Below are positions 53,888-64,000 of a stretch of 64,000 nucleotides of DNA, one piece after another. Position 1 is the first letter of the stretch. Each line of letters starts with the position of its first letter. The notes under the pieces are model-generated. The model was not told where the DNA came from and did no database searches. It worked only from the letters and a program-made list of their open reading frames with translations. Origin of the DNA: Eledone cirrhosa (taxonomy: Eukaryota); NCBI GenBank assembly GCA_964016885.1, contig OZ024761.1:12958001-13022000 (forward strand), read 5' to 3'. The position numbers and the translations under genes are program-made.

Positions 53888-54603
53888 TGTATGTATATGT
53901 ATATATATATATATGTATGTATATGTATATATATATGTATATGTATATATATATATATGTATGTATATGTATATATATATGTATATGTATATGTATATGT
54001 ATGTATATGTATATGTATGTATATGTATATGTGTATATGTATATATATATATGTATATATGTATGTGTATATATGTATATGTATATATATATATATGTAT
54101 ATATGTATGTGTATATATGTATATGTATATATGTATGTGTATATATGTATATGTATATATGTATGTGTATATATGTATATGTATATATATATATGTATAT
54201 ATGTATGTGTATATATATATGTATATATGTATGTGTATATATGTATGTATATATATATATGTGTATATATATGTATATATATGTGTATATATATGTATAT
54301 ATATGTATATATATGTGTATATATATGTATATATATGTATATATATGTATATATATGTTGATGCCCTAAGGACAGACACTGGTCTGTTGGAGACGCAGGA
54401 CATGGCAGCGATAATGAGGGACAGAGACCGCTGGAGAGAACTCGTCCATGGATCTCGGGAATTTTACCCGCCTTAGATAGATATGTATATATATATATGT
54501 ATATATATGTATGTATATATATGTGTATATATATATGTATGTATATATATGTGTATATGTATATATATGTATGTATATATATGTGTATATATATATGTAT
54601 ATA

Positions 54604-54674
<71 letters not shown>

Positions 54675-54694
54675 GTATATATATATGTATATAT

Positions 54695-55605
54695 CATCAT
54701 CATCTTACATCCGCTTTTCCCTGCTTGCAAGGGTGGGACAGGTCTTATTCAGTACAGCATCTCTCCACTTGTCACGGTCCTTCGTCATCTCCTCCGTGAG
54801 CTTCAGCGATCGGAGGTCTGCTCTCACCACCTCCGCCCATGTTTTTCGTGGTCTTCCTCTACTGCATCTTCCTTCTACTGGGACTTCTTGGTACTTCTTT
54901 ACCGAGCAGTCATCCTCCATGTGCATCACATGTCCATACCATCTCAGCCTTCTCTCCTGCACACCACAACTTATCCCTCTTATACCCAGTTTCTTTCTCA
55001 ACTCATCTATGCTTGGTCGTTCATTGACATTGCACATCCAATGGAGCATACTTGCTTCATTTCTCTCCAGCCATCGCATATTTCTGCAGTTGCTGCCCAT
55101 GTCTCACTACCATGCAGCATCGCGCATCTCAGACAGGCATCATATAACCGACCTTTCGTACACAGGGAGAAACCCTTCTTTGTCAACAGAGGAAGCAGCT
55201 CCCTAAACATCTTCCAACCCATCCTTATTCTAGACACTATGGCCTCAGAACCCCCCCCCCTCCCATGCTAATCTGATCACTAGGTACCAGAAGCTATCAA
55301 CCATTTCTCTAGAACCCACCTGCATTGGAAAAATGTGTCTATCACTGTGATTACTACTGCTAACTTTCCCTGTACATCTACTGCAAACGTAGTTATCCCT
55401 ACCTGTTAGTTTGCCTGCTATCCCACTACATCTCTTGTGTACCTAAGATCTGCATTGCATACATTTTATGGAATTTATGCCAGTTCCTTTCCTACATATC
55501 GAACATGGCCATTTGCCTGATGGAATCAGAGTATTGTCCTCTCTTCTACTTATCAACACTTTTGTTTTAGCTATGTTCACTCTCAGGCCTCTTGATTCCA
55601 ACTGC
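54695..55605 (-). mobile_element. RTE-clade LINE 3' fragment (~900 bp, frameshifted)
   Basis: '[44 protein letters not shown]'. Confidence 0.9.
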
Positions 55606-55970
55606 TTTTATATATATATATATTTATCTGTTTATGTATTTAATCAATTTAAACGTCCGTATAGAGCTAGTAAGTCATGACAGACTAAGAGGAAGTATCT
55701 AGTACTTTTTACAGTTGATAAACAAAAAAAAAAAAAAATCTAGACAGATAAGTGAATAGAAAAATAAAAATAAAATAAGAATAAAATTAAACAGGGAAGG
55801 CCCACAGGAGGCAAAATAAATAAAAAAGGATCAAGAAAAAATGGAAAACAAGGGAATCTAGAACTTTCTGTTGTTGAATCTTTTTGTAACCTCCATTTAC
55901 TGAAAAGATTTTGTTTATAGTTGGTAGATCTTTTACAATTTCTTGTATCTGCAATCTTGGTGTGGTTTTG

Positions 55971-56502
55971 TAACCCTTTAGCAATTACATTACTCTATAT
56001 ATACTATTGTATTTTGTGGTAAAGGTTTTACCTCACATAATTATCTCACAATATTTACATTACTCTATATATACTATTGTATTTTGTGGTAAAGGTTTTA
56101 CCTCTCATAATATTTACATTACTCTATATATACTATTGTATTTTGTGGTAAAGGTTTTACCTCTCATAATATTTACATTACTCTATATATACTATTGTAT
56201 TTTGTGGTAAAGGTTTTACCTCTCATAATATTTACATTACTCTATATATACTATTGTATTTTGTGGTAAAGGTTTTACCTCTCATAATATTTACATTACT
56301 CTATATATACTATTGTATTTTGTGGTAAAGGTTTTACTTCACATAATTATCTCACATAATATCGAATCTATGAGATTTTGATATTATTTATTTTGAGAAC
56401 AATACCTTAATGTTAGTATGAGTGGCCGATTATGGCTGGTTTGAACAGAAAGAGGTGAGAGACTTCTGGCCAGATATGGAGGTTTAAATGCTAAAGGGTT
56501 AA
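55971..56502. mobile_element. piggyBac-like MITE expanded by an internal 59-bp unit x~6
   Basis: 'taaccctttagca' ... 'tgctaaagggttaa'; period 56054, 56113, 56172. Confidence 0.85.
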
Positions 56503-56927
56503 CTGGTTAGCTTCAAGATGCTTTCTTTCTCAGACTGATAGTTTTTATATTGGAACAAATAGTGTCAAAGAGTTTCTGGGAAGTCACCATAAGAACATAT
56601 AAAGGTGATTCTCTATGACCTGTTCATGATAAAATGTAGTTCAATAGTTTATGTCCAGTTTGAAGCCACCATTTTTTTTATTAACATTGCTCAATGTCTG
56701 ATATGTTTGAAATGTTCAGAGAAGTAGAGGATTAAAGTTTGAGAGCTTATCTCTAGATTCTTCCCCAAATGTTTCCTACCCTTGACTAAATATATTTTGC
56801 TAAATGATTTCACTTTCGATAGATTTAAGATGTAGTCTATATCTATTTTTTTCCTTTGCTAATTCATCTACTTTCCTATTTCATCTAATATTTATATGGC
56901 CTGATATCCAAACCAATGTTATTAGTT

Positions 56928-57715
56928 TATTATTCTCTGTGAGGTAGCTATCTATTCTCTGCGAGGTAGCTGTCTATTCTCTGCGAGGTAGCTGTCTATT
57001 CTCTGCGAGGTAGCTATCTATTCTCTGCGAGGTAGCTATCTATTCTCTGCGAGGTAGCTATCTATTCTCTGCGAGGTAGCTATCTATTCTGTGAGGTAGC
57101 TATCTATTCTCTGCGAGGTAGCTATCTATTCTCCGCGAGGTAGATATCTATTCTCTGCGAGGTAGATATCTATTCTGTGAGGTAGTTATCTATTCTCTGC
57201 GAGGTAGCTATATATTCTCTGCGAGGTAGCTATCTATTCTCTGCGAGGTAGCTATCTATTCTCTGCGAGGTAGATATCTATTCTGTGAGGTAGCTATCTA
57301 TTCTCTGCGAGGTAGCTATCTATTCTCTGCGAGGTAGCTATCTATTCTCTGCGAGGTAGATATCTATTCTCTGTGAGGTAGCTATATATTCTCTGCGAGG
57401 TAGCTATCTATTCTCTGCGAGGTAGCTATCTATTCTCTGCGAGGTAGATATCTATTCTGTGAGGTAGCTATCTATTCTCTGCGAGGTAGCTATCTATTCT
57501 CTGCGAGGTAGATATCTATTCTCTGCGAGGTAGATATCTATTCTGTGAGGTAGATATCTATTCTGTGAGGTAGCTATCTATTCTCTGCGAGGTAGCTATC
57601 TATTCTGTGAGGTAGTTATCTATTCCTTGCGAGGTAGTTATCTATTCCTTGCGAGGTAGCTGTCTATTCTCTGCGAGGTAGTTATCTATTCTCTGCGAGG
57701 TAGATATCTATTATC
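56928..57715. repeat. 22-bp minisatellite (~36 copies)
   Basis: Unit tattctctgcgaggtagctatc. Confidence 0.95.
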
Positions 57716-58066
57716 TGCAGAGCATGCTTTAGCCCGACCCCTTTTACATGATTCAAACAGTTCTTGGTTCAATAAAGTATCAGTAAACAGGAAACCTTTT
57801 TCCCATGGCATTTCTTTAGCTGGATCTATGAATAATATGATTCCCCACCATTAACAACAAGTATAGTGAAATCCCGATGTAATCTGAAGCTGAGATCTCT
57901 ATTATTATTTTTGAAAAAACCAAGTAGCTCTACACCCAACTCCCTTGCCTGAATGTACCTCATCAGTGTAACTGACTCAGTTACTAAAACTGATTAATTG
58001 TGATAATGTCATGGAATTATTTTGCTTCCTATTTGGAGTTTTTAATCATTATTTTAAACGATTTAA

Positions 58067-58240
58067 GGGCGGTGGAGGGTCGGACGCCATGCTTTGACGT
58101 ATAGAGTTACGGCCCTTGCCATTCTGAGTTCAAATCCTGCCGAGGTTAATTTTGCCTTTCATCCTTACGGGGGTCGATAAAATAAAGTACCAGTAATGCA
58201 CTGGGTAATTGGTGGCCTTGTACCAAACGTAGAAACAATT
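58067..58240 (+). mobile_element. Meta-type SINE with TSD
   Basis: Flanked by 'attattttaaa(c/t)gatt' on both sides. Confidence 0.82.
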
Positions 58241-58250
58241 ATTTTAAATG

Positions 58251-58295
<45 letters not shown>

Positions 58296-58402
58296 TCATC
58301 ATCATCATCGTTTAACGTCCATCTTCCACGCTAGCATGGGTTAGACGGGAGTTGTCCCAATTTGAGGCAAGGTTGGTCGGGTGACCGTGTCTTGCTCATA
58401 TA

Positions 58403-58456
<54 letters not shown>

Positions 58457-58913
58457 AATAAAATATAGAGTTAATAACTCATATAGATACCCTGCAATTA
58501 ACAAGCTCAAACTATAAATACTGAGCATTATAATATTTATGTGTAGAAGGAAACACAGTAAACCCGTGTCTACAATTACGAGGGTAGATTACACCACAAA
58601 TGTTATTTATCATTCAACCTGAATCATATGGGATGTTACAAGATTTCTCATACATACCATATCAATAACCATTACCATACCATATCAATAACCATTACCA
58701 TACCATATCAATAACCATTACCAATGGTTATTGATATGGTATGTATGAGAAATCTTGTGGTCCTTCATCAGAAGAAAGAATGAGAAATAAGATAGATTGA
58801 AGGGAGGGAGTCTACCAGTGAACTGACTCTCTCTCAACACCCACCCGACTTCTGCTTTTATTGTTCAAACACACACGCATATGTATATAAATATATATAT
58901 TTTTATATACACG

Positions 58914-58958
<45 letters not shown>

Positions 58959-58964
58959 TCACTA

Positions 58965-58996
<32 letters not shown>

Positions 58997-59016
58997 TAAT
59001 ATATATATATATATAT

Positions 59017-59566
59017 ATAAAATATTTAAAAAATAATGAATAAAACAATGAAACAGTTCCTTATATTAAACAAAAAAAGTTCATTATTTAACGATCGTTT
59101 CTAGGATATATATGTGTTAGAATTGGCATGCATATTCAACAGATCTATGTACAAAATTATACAAAATTATACAAACTATCAAAATTAAATATACATACCA
59201 ACACATATATATGCCGTCTTCAGAAATAATTATTTCTGAAGACGGCATATATATGTGTTGGTATGTATATTTAATTTTGATAGTTTGTATAATTTTGTAC
59301 ATAGATCTGTTGAATATACATGCCAATTCTAACACATATATATCCTAGAAACGATCGTTAAATAATTAACTTTTTTTGTTTAATATAAGGAACTGTTTCA
59401 TTGTTTTATTCATTATTTTTTTAATATTTTATCTTGACTCTGTATTCCGTTTATCTTTCACCGAAAGTGATTTTTCATTGCATCTCTTCTTTCCATGATA
59501 TCCGGATTACATTGAGTTCTTCATACGGATTGGACACTACCGTAAACTCTTGGTAGATTTATCTAC
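59017..59566 (+). mobile_element. Spacerless ~415-bp palindrome plus tail, with a hammerhead motif at 59228-59367
   Basis: Centre 'cagaaataa|ttatttctg' (59229/59230). Motif: AAUUAUUU-CUGAAGA-(~105-nt stem II arm closed by AUAUAUAUGUGUU/AACACAUAUAUAU)-GAAA-CGAUCG-UU-AAAUAAUU. Confidence 0.85.
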
Positions 59567-59701
59567 ATATATATATATATATATATACATATACACATAC
59601 ACTAATATATATATATACACACACACACATACACTAATATATATATATATATATATACATATACACATACACTAATATATATATACACACACACACATAC
59701 A

Positions 59702-59749
<48 letters not shown>

Positions 59750-59893
59750 CACATACACTTATATATATACACACACACACACTAATATATATATATATAC
59801 ACACACAGACATACACTAATATATATATACACACACACACATACACTAATATATATATACACACACACACGCACTAATATATATATATATATA

Positions 59894-60078
59894 TAATTGT
59901 TTCTACTTTTGGCACAAGGCCAGCAATTACCCAGTGCATTACTGGTACTTTATTTTATCGACCCCGTAAGGATGAAAGGCAAAGTTAACCTCGGCGGGAT
60001 TTGAACTCAGAATGGCAAGGGCCGTAACTCTATGCGTCAAAACATGGCGTCCGACCCTCTACCGACACTGCCAATCCA
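59894..60078 (-). mobile_element. Full-length Meta-type SINE
   Basis: Reverse complement of the 12470 family. Confidence 0.85.
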
Positions 60079-60591
60079 TATAATATTATTCATATATATA
60101 TGCTAATATATATGCTAATATATTTTTTTCAATGTACTGTGTCATTTGCTTTGTTATTTCTGTTTACATGTTACATATATATATTCATTCATTTTATTAA
60201 GTGAGTCTTGTTACTCTGGAGTAACTAGGGTCATCAGACAAGAAGTAACATTTCAATGACAGACACAATATAAAGACTGGGGGTGGTGGAGAGGGATTTA
60301 ATTGAGGGGGGGGTAATTAAAATAGGGTGGACATGGTGGTGGTGGTGGCAGTGGAAGGAGGTTAGGGGTTTGTGAAGAAGATGATGATAATGGATGATAA
60401 TAGACATAGCCTGAAAATGTTAAGTGGTCAGTGGGAGGTAGGTAAAGGTGGGTGTTTAGGGGGCGGGGATAGTGAAAAGGTTGGTGGGACTGGCAGAATT
60501 AAGTGGTAGAAGGCATATCTATATAAACATACATGTGTATACAGTTTATACAATTACACAAATATACAGGAAGAAATACATAAATGTACAC

Positions 60592-60656
<65 letters not shown>

Positions 60657-60803
60657 GACACAACAATAATAATAATAATAATAATAATAATGGAGATAGA
60701 AATAACTGGAATGTGGATGCCGAAAACAAAAACAATCCCAGTTCTGGGAATGATAAAAAACACACAGACAGATGCATAATCAAAACTCCGGGGTATATAT
60801 ATA

Positions 60804-60897
<94 letters not shown>

Positions 60898-61070
60898 TAT
60901 ATATATATGTGAGTGTATATATATGCATGTGTATATACATATATATATATATATTCATATATACACACACACATATATGTGAATACATATATACACACAC
61001 ACACACACACATATATGTGAATATATATATATATATATACATATATACACACACACACACACATATGTGG

Positions 61071-61105
<35 letters not shown>

Positions 61106-61112
61106 TGCACAG

Positions 61113-61173
<61 letters not shown>

Positions 61174-61182
61174 CACATACAT

Positions 61183-61225
<43 letters not shown>

Positions 61226-61233
61226 CACACATA

Positions 61234-61312
<79 letters not shown>

Positions 61313-61334
61313 GTATATATATATATATATATAT

Positions 61335-61860
61335 ATGCAGAAAATAGCCCTACTAGGAACTGCAGAAGTATTACAAAGAGCACTATCAATACAATAAAAA
61401 TAACAACACCCAACAAAACAACACTGCAGCTCAGCCCCCCAAGGTGTTCAGACCTGTGTGCTGTAATGCAATGATGATGCACAATAAAAATAAGACTAAT
61501 AATAATAATAATAATAATAATGTAGCCTACCCATTCGACACGAGAGTGCAAGAGAAGGAGAGGGAGAAAATTAACAGATACCAGGACTTAAAGTGGGAGG
61601 TAAAAAGGATTTGGAACTGCCATGAGGTCAAAGTGGTCCCGATTGTCATAGGCGCACTAGGGACTATCTCAAAGAGTTTCCAAGGATGGTTAAAGAAAAT
61701 TGGTCCCACCCAGCTTTTTGGAACACTTCAAAAGGCTTGCTTGCTGGGAACAGCAACAACCCTCCGATACGTCCTGAATGTCTGAGGCTGCAGGAAGTGG
61801 CTTGATATTCATTTCAACAAACTTTCCAGTTAAATAACATCAATGACTGAGACTCAAAGA

Positions 61861-61865
<5 letters not shown>
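61335..61865 (+). mobile_element. Two Dong/R4-clade LINE 3' fragments in (TAA)n
   Basis: Restriction-like endonuclease motif 'PFDTRVQEKEREKINRYQDL..VVPIVIGALG..LQKACLLGTA' (61522-61785) and '[17 protein letters not shown]' (61335-61397); bordered by (TAA)n. Confidence 0.8.
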
Positions 61866-61899
<34 letters not shown>

Positions 61900-62029
61900 T
61901 TTTATTTATTAACCACAAGGGTTTACATAAAGTAGACATTAAGGACAGTACAGGACAATACAGGGCGGTACAAATGGGCATTTCTGCGTGTAGAAAAACA
62001 GAGGATGTAATAAAAAAATAACAATGAAA

Positions 62030-62065
<36 letters not shown>

Positions 62066-62366
62066 GACCAACAACAACAACGACAATAATGGTAATGATA
62101 AAAATAACAATAATGGTTTCTCATTTTGACTGAATTTACAATTGAGAACAATTGAGATGACTCAACATGAGGAGGAGAAAGAGGAGGAGGTGTTAAGAAA
62201 GAGGAAGAAAACTGGCTGCAGGGGGAGGTGGAATTGTGTTAATGTATTAATAGTATTATATCTCTGATGTCTGGGTTATTTATTAACTCTGCCAGTAGTA
62301 TTAATAAGTTAATTATAACATGGCACTGTTGTCTAGGTTAATAAATTTATTATAACATGGCACTGT

Positions 62367-62880
62367 TCATCATCATCATCATCATTTTACGTCCGCTTTT
62401 CCCTGCTTGCAAGGGTGGGGCGGGACCTATTCTCCATTTGTCACAGTCCCGCGTCATCTCCTATGTGAGCTTCAGAGATCTGAGGTCCACTCTCACCACC
62501 GCCGCCCATGTTTTTCGTGCGTCTTCCTTCAACTGGCATTTCCTGGCACTTCTTTACCCAGCGGTCATCCTCCATGTGCATCACATGTCCATACCATTGC
62601 AGTCTCCTCTCCCGCACACCACAATTTATCCCTCTCAAACACAGTTTCTCTCTCAACTCGTCCATGCTTGGTCGTTCACACACATTGACATTGCACATCC
62701 AATGGAGCATACTTGCCTCATTTCTCTCCAGCCGTCGCATATCCTCTGCAGTTGCTGCCCATGTCTCACTACCATGCATTATCGCGCATCTCACACAGGC
62801 ATCATATAACCGGCCTTTCATTCGCAGGGAGAAACCCTTCGTTGACAACCGAGGAAGCAGCTCCCTAAACTTCTTCCAAC
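62367..62880 (-). mobile_element. RTE-clade LINE 3' fragment inserted in a 37-bp tandem array
   Basis: 'GRLYDACVRCAIMHGSETWA..RRLERNE..RLQWYGHV'; array units on both sides (62318-62366, 62885-63130). Confidence 0.88.
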
Positions 62881-62884
62881 AGTG

Positions 62885-63130
62885 TTATTATCTAGGTTAA
62901 TAAATTTATTATAACATAGCACTGTTATCTAGGTTAATAAATTTATTATAACATAGCACTATTATCTAGGTTAATAAATTTATTATAACATAGCACTGTT
63001 ATCTAGGTTAATAAATTTATTATAACATAGCACTGTTATCTAGGTTAGTAAATTTATTATAACATAGCACTGTTATCTAGGTTAATAAATTTATTATAAC
63101 ATAGCACTGTTATCGAGGTTAATAAATTGA
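62885..63130. repeat. 37-bp minisatellite
   Basis: Unit gttatctaggttaataaatttattataacatagcact. Confidence 0.9.
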
Positions 63131-63444
63131 GAAGGTCCAGTGGGCACTGAAGCCTAAGGGGAGTAATGGGAGTTTATGACATAGCACTATTATCTAGGCC
63201 AGAGGTTCTCAAAGTAAACGCTACGAGATCCTCTGATCTAGTTTAATAAATTTATTATAACAGAACTATATATATATGGAACACATCTAGATGTCATGGA
63301 ACACATCCAGATGTCATGGTACACATTTAGATGTATACTATATCTCCTCTAAACACAGATATTCCAGGAACATAATGCATTCAGATATCTGGTATCTCTT
63401 CTGCAAACACATGTCCCAGAACAGATCCAGAAAACACTTAGTCT

Positions 63445-63880
63445 ACATCAAAACATCTGGGATATCTGCTGTAAATATAGATGTCTTAGACCATATCAAC
63501 ACATCTAGATATCACCTGTAAATACAGATGTCTTAGACCACACCAAAACATCTTGGATATCTGTTATAAATACAGATGTCTTAGACCACATCAAAACATC
63601 TGTGATATCTGCTGTAAATACAGATGTCTTAGACCACATCAAAACATCTGGTATATCTGCTCTAAAACATATCTCTTAGACCACATTAAAACATCTGGAA
63701 TATCTGCTGTAAATACAGATCTTTTAGACCATATCAAAACATTTGGAATATCTGCTGTAAATACAGATCTCTTAGACCATATCAACACATTTAGATATCA
63801 CCTGTAAATACAGATCTCTTAGACCACATCAAAACATCTGGAATATCTGCTCTATATACAGATGTCTTAGACCATATCTA
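63445..63880. repeat. Degenerate ~44-48-bp minisatellite
   Basis: 'aaacatctggaatatctgctgtaaatacagatgtcttagacc' repeats. Confidence 0.85.
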
Positions 63881-64000
63881 GAACACAGCAGCCAACCATT
63901 GCACTAATTAGCAATGGGTTATTCATAAACATACTTCAATCACAACTTCAGAAAACATCTGGTTTCCTCTCTTTGATTCTACTTCCGCTATTGCAGTGGC

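Overview
AT-rich, microsatellite-saturated animal genomic DNA. The tRNA-derived SINE families and repeat content point to a coleoid cephalopod, most likely Octopus (inference). Almost all ORFs in the track are microsatellite or minisatellite artefacts. Real genic content: (1) an intronless 619-aa secreted LRR protein CDS on the minus strand (30172-32031), with a predicted non-coding first exon and TATA/Inr promoter near 36.3-36.5 kb; (2) a plus-strand exon (48478-48578) encoding the start of an ACAP/centaurin-beta PH domain, so the LRR gene appears nested antisense in an ACAP intron; (3) two candidate in-frame plus-strand exons (14884-15045, 23182-23220). The rest is Meta-type and CORE-type SINEs, RTE and Dong/R4 LINE 3' fragments, TTAA-CCC piggyBac-like MITEs (several seeding tandem arrays) and large minisatellites. 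The most striking signal is a set of short, mutually unrelated, mostly (TA)n-flanked inserts that carry type I hammerhead ribozyme motifs, often with palindromic stem III. These are characteristic of Penelope-like element termini and retrozymes. Many of the inserts are fold-back palindromes whose inversion point sits in or just 5' of the ribozyme. All calls were made by eye; coordinates of repeats are approximate to a few bp.
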